From Candidatus Woesearchaeota archaeon (GTDB lineage Archaea > Nanobdellota > Nanobdellia > UBA10117 > JABICX01): a stretch of DNA of 64,000 nt. Both the position numbers and the translations under genes were made by a program. This document shows, piece by piece, positions 10,322-20,515 of the stretch. Numbering within the stretch: the first letter of the stretch is position 1; each line of letters opens with the position of its first letter. Under the pieces are notes generated by a model, which saw only the letters and a program-made list of their open reading frames with translations, was not told the DNA's origin and did no database searches. The stretch lies in contig JABICX010000010.1 of assembly GCA_018652045.1 (NCBI GenBank), positions 68,451 through 132,450 of the forward strand, written 5' to 3'.

Positions 10322-11187
10322 CTTATCACCTCGATCTTAACTGGGACGAACTCATTAGAATTCTCAACAAGACCTGTACGTTCTATCTCACAGAAACTTT
10401 TCTTTTTGTCAGTATCTCCACTTGACCCAAACTCGTTATTTAGAATCGTTTGATTAGTTAAGTATATAGGGAATGTTTTTCCAAGAGTCGTGTTTTTGAA
10501 GTACATATCTTTGATAAAAATCATCTGAGGTAATGTTGTTGTTGTTAGGTTTATACAATCTAAATCACCGCCATTTACTAACCAGTTTAGTTTAACTGTA
10601 TCACCATCAGAGTTAGTTGTAGTAGTATTGCTATCCACGATCTCTCTTGATCCCGAGTCACAATCTGCTGCAGTAATTGTTGTGAATGGAAAGAACAAGT
10701 TTAGTGTCAGGTCCGCACCTGAAGAGTTACTTCCAGCATATACTACTAGACTATCGTTCTGTCTAAGTAAGAATACTCGTGCATCATACTGGTCAGGTAA
10801 TGTGGTCGGTGTTGTATCATTTGTAGTATTTATTGCGTATGCACTATAACTTATTCTAAATGGAATAGATAGGTTCGCATCTGTTGAGATGTTATAGTAT
10901 CCCAAAGTTTTCGCTCGTTGAATTTTATTGTAATCTATCTCTAGTTTGTTTCCATTAGAGAAACCAAGTACATTTAGATTAGTGCTAGAATCCCAGTTTG
11001 TTTGGTTACCTTGGAACTCTAAAAATTGTATTGCAATGGTTTCAGCTTGTGAGCAAGCAATCTGTTCCCTTGATTTGGAGACCTCACTTGGAAAAAGTCT
11101 TAGATAAGAATACATTAAGATTATTGTTATGATTACAAAGAATAATAAAACTATTATGAACTCGATTGTATTCTGTCCTTTTTTCAT
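10312..11187 (-). CDS. pilin-like protein with class III signal peptide (larger subunit, many N-x-S/T sequons)
   Basis: N-terminus MKKG/QNTIEFIIVLLFFVIITIILMY, with Glu at +5 as in type IV pilins. Asn/Thr/Ser-rich body. Confidence 0.6.
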   Translation of the reverse strand: MKKGQNTIEFIIVLLFFVIITIILMYSYLRLFPSEVSKSREQIACSQAETIAIQFLEFQGNQTNWDSSTNLNVLGFSNGNKLEIDYNKIQRAKTLGYYNISTDANLSIPFRISYSAYAINTTNDTTPTTLPDQYDARVFLLRQNDSLVVYAGSNSSGADLTLNLFFPFTTITAADCDSGSREIVDSNTTTTNSDGDTVKLNWLVNGGDLDCINLTTTTLPQMIFIKDMYFKNTTLGKTFPIYLTNQTILNNEFGSSGDTDKKKSFCEIERTGLVENSNEFVPVKIEVISWR

Positions 11188-11192
11188 GCTGG

Positions 11193-12344
11193 TTAGATAA
11201 CATTTATTGTGCTAACTGTCGTCTGTTTTTCGTCCTTGTACTCTACAGACATTATTATTTTATAACTACCTTTTTGTGTTGGCGCGACAATTGTTCTTTC
11301 AAATTCTCCAATATTGTCGATGAATAAAGTAAGTATCTCTTTCTGAGGTGTTATGATAGTTACTGTTGCACCACTTGCTGGAGCAGACTCGTAGTATGCT
11401 TGACCATTGATTATGATCTTATCACCTCCAACAACCGTACTTGGGTAGATTGTTGCATCCAGACTTAGACTGGATGGGAATATGAATACGAAGAAGCAGA
11501 ATACTCCTACTGATAACATAATGATTACGTGCTTGAAACCTGCGATAAGTTTTTCTTCAGATATCTGACCTGCAATGATACCTGCACAGATACTTTCAAC
11601 AATAACCATCATGAAAAAGAGGTTCTTGAAGTACTCTAAAGAAAGTTCTTCTCCTGCATTTTGCATACTGATACCGCTGAAGATACCCATCTTTTGTATG
11701 AATAGTATTGGCGCAAGGATCTTGAATAGACCGATGATAACTCCGACAAAGACAAAGTAAACTGCGTACATAATAATAATCTGTTCTTTCATTACAGATT
11801 TCTTTTCAGACTCCATCTGTTTTAGTAAGGTAACGTCTTCAGCTAGAGAGTTTAATGTTACTTTGATGTCTCCACCGGTGTGGAAACTTTCTAAAACAAT
11901 GTTATTGATTCTACGGATAAGTTCGCTTTTAGTTAGGAGCGCAGTAAACTTTTGCCAGGCTTTCGGAAAGGGTGTACTCCAACTTAACCATATGTTAAGT
12001 TTGTTTATGTATTTAGATAGCGCACCATAATCTGAATCTGAACTTGTTTGAATTGCTTGAGGTAGCGTCATACCTGCGGACGCATTCTGTGCAATGTCAC
12101 GTAAAAAGTTTGGGTACTCTTCTTCCGCCTTTTTTATCTCCTGAAATGCTAAAAAGTTAATTGCAATATATGGCGCAATGATCAAGATGATACCTAATGC
12201 TGAAACCGCAATGATTGTCGTACTTGCTGCACCAACAAAGTATGCTGCGAGAGAGACAATTAATGGAACAGGTAAGAGCGCGATTAATAGGTAAAACTTT
12301 TTATGCCCTTTTGGTTTTGTTGGAATGCTATCTTTCTTTTTCAA
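11193..12344 (-). CDS. TadC/FlaJ-like pilus platform membrane protein with extra C-terminal beta-rich domain
   Basis: GspF/T2SSF-like cytoplasmic segment (PNFLRDIAQNASAGMTLPQAI...) between TM blocks. After the last TM there are about 90 additional residues (ATIYPSTVVGGDKIIINGQAYY...SYKIIMSVEYKD) that look Ig/beta-sandwich-like. Confidence 0.65.
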   Translation of the reverse strand: MKKKDSIPTKPKGHKKFYLLIALLPVPLIVSLAAYFVGAASTTIIAVSALGIILIIAPYIAINFLAFQEIKKAEEEYPNFLRDIAQNASAGMTLPQAIQTSSDSDYGALSKYINKLNIWLSWSTPFPKAWQKFTALLTKSELIRRINNIVLESFHTGGDIKVTLNSLAEDVTLLKQMESEKKSVMKEQIIIMYAVYFVFVGVIIGLFKILAPILFIQKMGIFSGISMQNAGEELSLEYFKNLFFMMVIVESICAGIIAGQISEEKLIAGFKHVIIMLSVGVFCFFVFIFPSSLSLDATIYPSTVVGGDKIIINGQAYYESAPASGATVTIITPQKEILTLFIDNIGEFERTIVAPTQKGSYKIIMSVEYKDEKQTTVSTINVI

Positions 12345-13219
12345 TCTTCAGCCCCCCACGGCGATGAGCTCTTTATTATTAGTAAGAATACTGCAGTAAT
12401 CATCGGTAAAGCAACAAATACAATTAGATACTGCATGAATTTTATAGTATTAATCGGTACACCCCCAATCGTTACCATAAGTGAAGATATAACTACAAAG
12501 AAAACTAAACCTACAATTACAACAGTTATGTATATGTTCATGAATAACGCAAGTAACTTACTGAACTCTTCAAGGCGCCGTTTGTATTGTTGTATAAATC
12601 CTTTAGACTTTTCTTCAAGATACTTTGTGGTGTCTCCACCAACGGTGACAGAGTTTCTTAATCCAGCAAGTAACTCGGTCCATGCAGGTGATGGTGAACG
12701 CAGCATTCCACGACTTATTGCTTTAGGAAAGTCCATACCAAGTCCTTTAATGTCACTGTTTATCTTACGCGCCTCTTGAGAAACTGTTTTGTAAGCTTTG
12801 AAGCGTGCTAACATCTCGAACAGATTTTTAGGCTGCATTCCTGAACGAGTGATTGTTGAGAGGTAGATTGTAACAAACGGCAGCGAGTTTTCTATCTTAC
12901 TTCTTCTCTCGCTAATCTTAAATGTGGGGTAAAAGTAAAGAAACATTGCTACACTAATGCCCATGAAAAGGCTGAGTGTAAAGTAGATGAGAAAGTTAGT
13001 AAGACTGACGCCAAGTAATAAGGATCCGAAGATTGTGGTGAACACAAAAGTCATACTCGATACGATTGTGCTCATTAGAAGTATAAACGCACCATACTTT
13101 TCATAACTTGTACTTATTCTCGCAATCTTTAGTTTTGTGTCAAGTGGTTTGAATACACTCGAGGTTCTTTTTACGAGTGGCTTGAAAATAGTGTAAGATC
13201 TTTCGTATATGCTTGTCAT
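12341..13219 (-). CDS. TadB/FlaJ-like pilus platform membrane protein
   Basis: T2SSF-like segment (LFEMLARFKAYKTVSQEARKINSDIKGLGMDFPKAI...VTVGGDTTKYLEEKS) flanked by TM helices. 4-nt overlap with the next gene. Confidence 0.65.
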   Translation of the reverse strand: MTSIYERSYTIFKPLVKRTSSVFKPLDTKLKIARISTSYEKYGAFILLMSTIVSSMTFVFTTIFGSLLLGVSLTNFLIYFTLSLFMGISVAMFLYFYPTFKISERRSKIENSLPFVTIYLSTITRSGMQPKNLFEMLARFKAYKTVSQEARKINSDIKGLGMDFPKAISRGMLRSPSPAWTELLAGLRNSVTVGGDTTKYLEEKSKGFIQQYKRRLEEFSKLLALFMNIYITVVIVGLVFFVVISSLMVTIGGVPINTIKFMQYLIVFVALPMITAVFLLIIKSSSPWGAED

Positions 13220-13220
13220 A

Positions 13221-14993
13221 TTAGTTTCCTTTTGTACTCTGCATGTATGTAGAAAGTTGTTGCGGATTGATATAGTACATATGAATGATGCTTGCTACAT
13301 CGATGAAGTTATGTATGTTATTTTTCTGCATCCACTTAAGTACTTTAACTCTACGCATTAATTCTTGATGTAGTTCAGATACGCTCCAACCTGCACGATC
13401 TGCAATTTTTTTAATTACGTGACTGTCTTTGATGTTGAAACTATCTTTGGCAGGCATCCATTCAAATACAGTATTGGTTTCAAGTTGATTGTTCTTTTTA
13501 TCATAACCTTCTACTTCGATTATCTTTCCGATTCGTCGGATTAATTTATCTCCTTTGCGCGTTTTTTCCAAGAAGATAATGATATCTAGATTGCGTAATA
13601 GTGATGCAGGTAGTTCAATTGGTCGTGTTGTTAATCTGTCAATAACTGCACTTACACTATCTGCGTGAAGTGTTGATAGACCTGGATGACCTGTTGACAT
13701 GGCGTGGAAAAGTACACTTGCCTCTTTACCTCGTACCTCTCCAACTATAAGGTAATCTGGACGCTGACGTAGTGCGGCAGTTAATAGATCGAACATACTT
13801 ACTGCACCATAACCTGCAGCACCAAAACCTGCACGAGTAACTTGTGGCATCCAGTTAACATGAGGAATCTGTAGCTCTGCCGTGTCTTCAATAGAAACGA
13901 TCTTTTGATTTGGTTCGATAAAGAGGGATAGTATGTTAAGTAAGGTCGTCTTACCTGTTGCAGTTGTTCCTGAGACGAGAATGGATTTCTCGCGTTCAAT
14001 TGCAAGCCATAGATATGCGATCATAAATGGATCGGCAGTCCCAAACTTTAGCAAGTCGACAGGAGTTAATGGAATTCTAAAGAACTTTCGGATCGTAAAG
14101 TTGCTTCCACGTCGAGCAATGTCCGTGCCGTAAGTTATCTGAACTCGAGAGCCATCAGGTAGACTTCCATCCATTAAGGGCGAGGCAATAGATATTGTAC
14201 GATCACATTTCTGCGCTAGGCGCATTGCAAATGAATCTAACGCATCTTTTGTGTCAAAGACAATGTTCGTTGAAATTTCACCATAGAGTGGATTTCGATG
14301 GTAGATGTAGATAGGTAAACCAATACCGTCGCAAGAAATATCTTCTATGTTCGGGTCTTTTGCAAGAGCGTCAATCTTTCCAAGACCGAGCGCTTCCCTA
14401 AAAATGTAGTACTTGATCTTAATCGACTCATATGGCTTTGGTTTGAATCCAATAAGTTTCCAAATATCATCAATCTCTTTGTTTATGTATTTGTTAATCT
14501 CTTTGACGTCTTTGACTTTATTGAAGTCGATCTCTAGTCGATCATGTAGTTCTGTAAGTGTACGATTTACCGTTTTCCAAAGTTCTGGACTGAGTGATGG
14601 CTCAACGATATTGTATTGTAATTGGTTGACGGCATTGTTGTAGAAGACTTTTGCAAAAGCAAGTGGATATGAACTATCTTTAATCTGTGTAGTTATTAGT
14701 GGATAGTTTTCATTAACCTGCCTTATCTGCGATAGAATATCTTTCTTAATCTCAACATCTTCTAAAAACTGTACAGGTAGTGGCATACGGTCTGTTCCAG
14801 ATACATTCTCAACTATATCAACCGGTTCAGATGTTCCAGACTTGATCTGTTGAATCACCGTACTAATTGACGTTTCTTCTTGTTTTTGTTGTACGGGTGG
14901 AGTTGTTTCAGGTGTAGGAGTATCTCTAACATAATTTACTTCACCAAACTTCTTGAGAAATTTACCAATAACCCTACGTTTCTTACTAATCAT
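13221..14993 (-). CDS. FlaI/PilB/VirB11-family type II/IV secretion ATPase
   Basis: Walker A VSGTTATGKTTLLN. Walker B region PDYLIVGEVRGKEA. His box STLHADS. 590 aa with a low-complexity Pro/Thr/Gln N-terminus. Confidence 0.85.
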   Translation of the reverse strand: MISKKRRVIGKFLKKFGEVNYVRDTPTPETTPPVQQKQEETSISTVIQQIKSGTSEPVDIVENVSGTDRMPLPVQFLEDVEIKKDILSQIRQVNENYPLITTQIKDSSYPLAFAKVFYNNAVNQLQYNIVEPSLSPELWKTVNRTLTELHDRLEIDFNKVKDVKEINKYINKEIDDIWKLIGFKPKPYESIKIKYYIFREALGLGKIDALAKDPNIEDISCDGIGLPIYIYHRNPLYGEISTNIVFDTKDALDSFAMRLAQKCDRTISIASPLMDGSLPDGSRVQITYGTDIARRGSNFTIRKFFRIPLTPVDLLKFGTADPFMIAYLWLAIEREKSILVSGTTATGKTTLLNILSLFIEPNQKIVSIEDTAELQIPHVNWMPQVTRAGFGAAGYGAVSMFDLLTAALRQRPDYLIVGEVRGKEASVLFHAMSTGHPGLSTLHADSVSAVIDRLTTRPIELPASLLRNLDIIIFLEKTRKGDKLIRRIGKIIEVEGYDKKNNQLETNTVFEWMPAKDSFNIKDSHVIKKIADRAGWSVSELHQELMRRVKVLKWMQKNNIHNFIDVASIIHMYYINPQQLSTYMQSTKGN

Positions 14994-15028
14994 GAGTATA
15001 GTATAGAGTATCTAATAGAAAAAGATTA

Positions 15029-15463
15029 CTATGAAATCACTATTTGGTTAGTGCTGGTATTGTATAATAGGCGTATTTCGGCGTCTTGAGAGTCTGTTGA
15101 GCCTGTGAAGTTAACTTCATTCCAATATACGGTTTTTGCTTTATAGAATGCACTTTGACCTGCAGATTGTATGATTATTTCGTTATTATCTCCAAAGAGG
15201 TTATAATGATTATCACCTAATCTGTGTGGTATCTCGATTATTTTGATTGGTGCGACGTCATCAGTTTGATTTCCGATAGCTTTTAATTCAAAGAGTCCTT
15301 TTTCTAGACGCGCAAATATGCTATCTGCAATCTCTTCTTTTATCTGGTCCGAACTTTCTCTACTAAAGTTATTCGAGAAGATAAATACAAAACTTAGGAA
15401 TACGAGCCCCAGTAATATGAAGTAGTTCATGTATACAACATTACTCTGACCTTTCCTTTGCAT
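15029..15463 (-). CDS. pilin-like protein with class III signal peptide
   Basis: N-terminus MQRKG/QSNVVYMNYFILLGLVFLSFVFIF. First gene of the - strand pilus string. Confidence 0.55.
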   Translation of the reverse strand: MQRKGQSNVVYMNYFILLGLVFLSFVFIFSNNFSRESSDQIKEEIADSIFARLEKGLFELKAIGNQTDDVAPIKIIEIPHRLGDNHYNLFGDNNEIIIQSAGQSAFYKAKTVYWNEVNFTGSTDSQDAEIRLLYNTSTNQIVIS

Positions 15464-15506
15464 AGGAATAAGAAACCGTTAAATAATTTATATGTTTGGG
15501 TTTAGT

Positions 15507-16787
15507 ATGTTGGATATTAAGTTATTTCGAGAAGATCCAAGTCTGATTCGTGAGAGTGAGACTCGAAGAGGTCATGACACGAAAGCAGTAGATGAGGTTA
15601 TCCGATGGGATAGACTCTGGCGGACAGCCTTGAAGAAAGTTGAACTGCTTAAGGCTCAGCGTAATCGTGTTTCTGCAGATATTAACCAACTTAAGAAGAA
15701 AGGTAAGCCTGCAACAGCATCGATTAAAGAGATGCGCAAAGTCGCAGATGATATTCAAAAACAGGATGTTAAGATAAAGCAGATCCTCGAGAAGCGTGAC
15801 GTTGCAAGAGGTTTAGTTGGAAACATTCTAGATCCTTCAGTTCCACAGGGTAAGACTAGTGAGGATAATGTTCCGATTAAATTTGTGGGTAAACCAACTA
15901 AGTTTAGCTTCCCAATCAAAGATCATATTGAATTAGGTCAGATGCATGATTTGTTTGACTTTGATACTGCTGCGAAAGTGTCTGGAGCAAGATTTGTCTA
16001 CCTCAAGAACGAAGCAGTTATCCTGGACCTAGCAATTCAAAGATATGCGCTTGATAGATTAGTTAAGAAAGGGTTTACGATTACATTTCCTCCGTTGATG
16101 GTGAATAAAGATACGCTGTCTGGCGGCGTTAACCTGTCTGAGTTTGAAGAAGATACGTACAAAATTGAAAAAGAGGATCTGTATTTAGTTGCAACAACTG
16201 AGTTTCCTTTGATTGCACTTAAGAAAGGTCAGACTTTGTATGAAAGTGAGCTACCAATCAAAGTTGCGGCATACGGTACTTGCTTTAGACGTGAAGCTGG
16301 CTCACATGGTCGAGATACAAAAGGTATTATTCGTATGCATCAGTTCAATAAGATCGAAGAGGTTGTTATATGTAAACCTGAAGATTCTGCTAAGTACTTT
16401 AAGGAGCTTCAGGCGATTACTGAAAGTCTATGGACTGATATGGGTATCCCATACCGTGTTGTTAATACCTGCACAGGTGACTTAGGTAATAAGCAAGCGA
16501 TAATGTATGATATTGAGGCATGGCTTCCGGGCCAGAACAAGAAAAAAGGAGCTTACCGCGAAGTTACATCTTGTAGTAATTGCAAGAATTATCAAGCAGT
16601 CACATTGAATACACGTTATATAACAAAGGACGGGAAGGAGTACGTGCATATGCTTAACAATACAGCTCTTGCAACATCTAGAGCGATTCCCGCTATCTTA
16701 GAGAACTTCCAACAAAAAGACGGTTCGATCAAGATCCCAAAAGTTCTGTGGAAGTATACTGGCTTTAAAGAGATCAAACACAAATGA
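15507..16787 (+). CDS. serS: seryl-tRNA synthetase
   Basis: N-terminal coiled-coil MLDIKLFRED..., class II motif 2 FRREAGSHGRDTKGIIRMHQFNKIE. The start at 15507 is preferred over 15492 because the TATA-like TTAAATAA lies about 27 nt upstream of 15507. Confidence 0.9.
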   Translation: MLDIKLFREDPSLIRESETRRGHDTKAVDEVIRWDRLWRTALKKVELLKAQRNRVSADINQLKKKGKPATASIKEMRKVADDIQKQDVKIKQILEKRDVARGLVGNILDPSVPQGKTSEDNVPIKFVGKPTKFSFPIKDHIELGQMHDLFDFDTAAKVSGARFVYLKNEAVILDLAIQRYALDRLVKKGFTITFPPLMVNKDTLSGGVNLSEFEEDTYKIEKEDLYLVATTEFPLIALKKGQTLYESELPIKVAAYGTCFRREAGSHGRDTKGIIRMHQFNKIEEVVICKPEDSAKYFKELQAITESLWTDMGIPYRVVNTCTGDLGNKQAIMYDIEAWLPGQNKKKGAYREVTSCSNCKNYQAVTLNTRYITKDGKEYVHMLNNTALATSRAIPAILENFQQKDGSIKIPKVLWKYTGFKEIKHK

Positions 16788-17386
16788 AAATCCTTGCAGC
16801 AGGAGATCTACATGGAGATATGCGTGCAGCAAAAAGGCTAGCAGATAAAGCTAAGAAAAATAAAGTAGATCTTGTTGTTCTTTCTGGTGACTTAACATAT
16901 GCAGATACATCTACAAAAGGTTTGATTGGACCGTTTAAGAAAGCAAATCAGAAAGTATTGATAATTCCCGGTAATCATGAATCTCCTGCAACAACATCTG
17001 CTCTTGCGGAGATATACGATATCACTGATCTACATGGTTATGCTGTAAAGATTAAGGACGTAGGTATCTTTGGAGCAGGATCTGCGAATCTAGGTCCTTT
17101 TCAGTTAGGTGATAAAGAGGTACAGGACTTGCTTGTTAAAGGCTTTAAGAAGATTAAGTCCGCTAAAAAGAAAGTTATGATAACACATGTTCATCCAGAT
17201 AAGACGATGATGTCTAAGTTTTCGTTGTGGTTGCCTGGATCAAAAGCAGTTGCTAAAGCAATCGAGGAACTTCAACCAGATATAGCGATATGTTCACACA
17301 TACATGAAGCAGAAGGACTAGAAGAGCGAATAGGCAAGACTAGACTGATAAATGTCGGAAAAAAAGGCAAGATCATTGAAGTTTAA
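16784..17386 (+). CDS. metallophosphoesterase (calcineurin-like)
   Basis: GDLHGD, GDLT and GNHE motifs. 4-nt overlap with serS. Confidence 0.75.
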   Translation: MKILAAGDLHGDMRAAKRLADKAKKNKVDLVVLSGDLTYADTSTKGLIGPFKKANQKVLIIPGNHESPATTSALAEIYDITDLHGYAVKIKDVGIFGAGSANLGPFQLGDKEVQDLLVKGFKKIKSAKKKVMITHVHPDKTMMSKFSLWLPGSKAVAKAIEELQPDIAICSHIHEAEGLEERIGKTRLINVGKKGKIIEV

Positions 17387-17391
17387 GTTTA

Positions 17392-18156
17392 CTAAGAAAG
17401 TGCTTCGCTAATCTTTTGAGGTATAAATGCAGCAACTTTTCTTACAAGAGGGCTAGTATCGTTTAATCTTTTTAATTCAGGCCAATCTTTTTTAGCTTCA
17501 AATAAGTAATCGGGATCTATATCTTTTTTAGATATCAGTGCTAAATCATGTGCATCCTTATTAAGTTGCAGGTGGATTATATCTTCAGCTTCAGCATTAT
17601 CAAATGATTCAAATAGTTGTATACGATCGGTATTTAGCTGAGTTACGTTTTTGTGTTCAGGGATGAGTGCATATCGCATTACGTTTTTGATTATTCTATC
17701 TAATTTTGTAACAATTATATCTTCAGGTGCTACAAGCTTTATTGGCGCGCCATCAATTTGAATGTAGTGTGTATTATCTAACTCTCTATTACGTATATCT
17801 GCCTTCAAAGCATATTCCTTTTGAGAGTGACGATTACCATGTATTAATAGCTCTTCTCCAGCTTCACTTATAACTTTTAACTCAAACGCTTTTCTCCTTT
17901 TTCGAGGTATAATAGAATAATTTGGTAACTGATCCATAATTGGGACTGCGATCCTATCTACGAATTCAGTAAAAGACATTCTTTCGTGCGTTTCAGTGTC
18001 AATATCACTAGTACTTCTAAAGTTAGTATAACCTAAATTTTGAGCATAAAGTTGGATTGCCATACCTCCAACTGTAACGAGTGTTTCTGGCAGTGCTTTC
18101 AAGCCATCTCTAGTTATCGTGTCTTCGATAGTTCTAGATATAATTTTTACGGCCAT
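17392..18156 (-). CDS. hypothetical protein, possible AbiEii-like nucleotidyltransferase fold
   Basis: VTVGGMAIQLYAQNLGYTNFRSTSDIDTE resembles the GG(T/S)xL....R.S.DID signature of AbiEii-type nucleotidyltransferases. No AbiEi-like partner is adjacent. Confidence 0.35.
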   Translation of the reverse strand: MAVKIISRTIEDTITRDGLKALPETLVTVGGMAIQLYAQNLGYTNFRSTSDIDTETHERMSFTEFVDRIAVPIMDQLPNYSIIPRKRRKAFELKVISEAGEELLIHGNRHSQKEYALKADIRNRELDNTHYIQIDGAPIKLVAPEDIIVTKLDRIIKNVMRYALIPEHKNVTQLNTDRIQLFESFDNAEAEDIIHLQLNKDAHDLALISKKDIDPDYLFEAKKDWPELKRLNDTSPLVRKVAAFIPQKISEALS

Positions 18157-18217
18157 GTTACTTAGAAGTGAAGAATGTCGTTTAAAAGACTTTCCATTAG
18201 TCTATTTTAGGTACATA

Positions 18218-18227
18218 CTTATAAATA
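18218..18227 (+). promoter_or_regulatory. TATA-like box upstream of topA
   Basis: CTTATAAATA centred about 24 nt upstream of ATG 18247. Confidence 0.5.
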
Positions 18228-18246
18228 TTAGCTTCTAGCAGGAAGT

Positions 18247-20295
18247 ATGACTCAGTTAATCATTGCAGAGAAACCTAGTGCTGCACAAAAGATCGCTGAT
18301 GCGTTAGGACCTGCAAAACAGAAGAAACTTGGTACGGTCTCGTGGTTTGAGATACCTGATAAGAAGATAATTGTCGCTTCAGCAGTTGGTCATCTTTTTA
18401 GTCTGAAGGGCGTTAAGCGTAAGTACCCTGTTTTTGAGGTTGAGTGGAAGCCAACATTTGAGATATCTAAGACTGCAGCTTACGCGAAGAAGTACTATAC
18501 AGTTCTAGAGCGAGTCGCAAAGAAGTGTGACGAGTTTGTTGTTGCAACAGACTATGATATTGAGGGTGAGGTTATTGGGCTCAACATCGTGCGTTTTTTG
18601 TGCAAACAGAAAGATGCGCAGCGTATGAAGTTCTCAACGCTTACTAAAGAAGATCTGGTTGAAGCGTATACAACTCGATTTAAGACGTTGGATTGGGGTC
18701 AGGCTCGAGCAGGTGAGACTCGTCACACTTTGGACTGGTTCTTTGGTATTAATCTGTCTCACGCAGCTGTAGCGTCAGTAACCGCAGCACTTAATCGTTA
18801 TGTTCCACTTTCAATCGGCAGGGTTCAGGGACCGGCTTTAGCTCTTCTGGCAGAACGGGAGCGAGAGATCCAGGCATTTAAACCAGTTCCATATTGGCAG
18901 ATCTTTGCAGATGTTAAGTTAAAGACAGGTGTTTTTGAAGCGATCCATGTTGAAGACCGGTTTTGGGATCAGACAAAAGCAAAGCAGATCTTTAATAAAG
19001 TAAAAGATAAGCCTGCTAAGATAGCAAAGATTGCTAAGACAAAGCAAGCAGTTCATCCACCGTTTCCTTTTGATCTTACCTCACTTCAGATTGAATCATA
19101 CCGATGTTTTAGAATGTCTCCAAAAAGAACGTTATCTGCTGCGCAAGAACTTTACACCGCAGCATTCATATCTTATCCACGAACTAGTTCTCAGAAGCTT
19201 CCCGTAAGACTTGGTTTTAGAAAGATACTGAATAAACTTGCTAAGAATACAAAGTACGCTACAATAGTACAACAGGTTCTAAAGACCTCGCTGCGGCCAA
19301 ATGAAGGTCGGAAACAGGATTCAGCACACCCTGCGATTTATCCAACAGGAAGTTTTGCTAAGGGCTTAGATGGAGACTCTGCGAAAGTTTATGATCTTAT
19401 TGTGAAGCGTTTTTTTGCAGTGTTTGGAGCGCCAGGTGAGCGCGAAAGTACTAAGGTTGGTTTGTTTATTGAGGACGAACCATTTGTTATGAGTGGAATT
19501 ATCACGACAAAACTTGGCTGGCAAGCGTGGTACCTTCCATACGCTGAGAAGAAAGAGTTAGAACTTCCAATACTGAAAGTTGGAGATGTCTATGCTGAGA
19601 AGACGCGATTCAACGCAGACGAGACAAAGCCACCGAAAAGATATACGCCCGCTTCGGTAATTAAAGCATTAGAAAAAGAGAACTTAGGAACTAAAGCTAC
19701 TCGCGCATCGATCATTGAGATTCTTCGAGATCGTGGATATATTGAAGGAACGCCAATACAGGTTACGACTTTAGGTCTGACGGTTATTGATACATTCTCA
19801 AAGTATGCGCCTTTGATCCTGTCAAAGGAACTTACGAGAAACTTTGAAGTTGAGATGGATAAGATCCGAGAGAATAAGAAGAAGCCCGAGTCTGTTCTAA
19901 AAGATGCTCAGAAATCAATAGCCTCTATCTACGCAGACTTTGACAAGAACAAGATGACAATCGGAAAGATCTTGGGAGAGGCATTTACTGAGACTCAGAA
20001 CAAGAAGAATACTCTTTGTAAATGTCCAAAGTGTGGCAAAGGCCAGATGCGTGTTCTTTATTCACGTAAGACTCGCAAGCGGTTCTTAGCCTGTAATGAA
20101 TATCCAAAGTGTAAGACAACTTGGGGCATGCCGCAGAAAGGAACTTTCTCTGTGCTAAAAACTATGTGTAAATGTGGAACGCCATATGTAAACTTCTACA
20201 TCCGCAGAGGTCGTCCATGGAGACTTTGCTTAAGTCCGGACTGCCCACATAAAGAACCATATGATCCTAAAGCTAAGAAGGAAGCTGAAGAATAA
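18247..20295 (+). CDS. topA: DNA topoisomerase, type IA, with C-terminal zinc ribbons
   Basis: TOPRIM start LIIAEKPSAAQKIA, DYDIEGE, active-site Tyr context FISYPRTSSQKL. C-terminal CKCPKCG...CNEYPKC and further Cys clusters. Confidence 0.9.
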   Translation: MTQLIIAEKPSAAQKIADALGPAKQKKLGTVSWFEIPDKKIIVASAVGHLFSLKGVKRKYPVFEVEWKPTFEISKTAAYAKKYYTVLERVAKKCDEFVVATDYDIEGEVIGLNIVRFLCKQKDAQRMKFSTLTKEDLVEAYTTRFKTLDWGQARAGETRHTLDWFFGINLSHAAVASVTAALNRYVPLSIGRVQGPALALLAEREREIQAFKPVPYWQIFADVKLKTGVFEAIHVEDRFWDQTKAKQIFNKVKDKPAKIAKIAKTKQAVHPPFPFDLTSLQIESYRCFRMSPKRTLSAAQELYTAAFISYPRTSSQKLPVRLGFRKILNKLAKNTKYATIVQQVLKTSLRPNEGRKQDSAHPAIYPTGSFAKGLDGDSAKVYDLIVKRFFAVFGAPGERESTKVGLFIEDEPFVMSGIITTKLGWQAWYLPYAEKKELELPILKVGDVYAEKTRFNADETKPPKRYTPASVIKALEKENLGTKATRASIIEILRDRGYIEGTPIQVTTLGLTVIDTFSKYAPLILSKELTRNFEVEMDKIRENKKKPESVLKDAQKSIASIYADFDKNKMTIGKILGEAFTETQNKKNTLCKCPKCGKGQMRVLYSRKTRKRFLACNEYPKCKTTWGMPQKGTFSVLKTMCKCGTPYVNFYIRRGRPWRLCLSPDCPHKEPYDPKAKKEAEE

Positions 20296-20515
20296 ATACG
20301 TGATATTATATCAGTTCTAAACTTAAAGTAATTTTCTGTTTGAGTTTCTAAATGATTTTAAGTTGATTTAGCTAAGTTTAAGGAGGTTCTAAATAGAAGA
20401 GACAAGAGCAGGAAAACTAGGAAGACTTGAAGGGGAGTTTGTTAATCAGCTAGTAAGTTTGTTGCCAGAAGATTGTCAGAGAGATTATTTGCAGCGTTTT
20501 CGATCAGAGTTAGTT

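Noticed and set aside
20296-20458. AT-rich 160-nt spacer after topA with three copies of TTCTAAA (20315, 20346, 20387), considered as a replication-origin or ORB-like repeat region.
   Set aside because: The repeats are only 7 nt long in very AT-rich DNA with irregular spacing (31 and 41 nt). There is no dyad ORB-like element or G-string, and no orc1/cdc6 gene nearby. This is not distinguishable from chance without genome-wide statistics.
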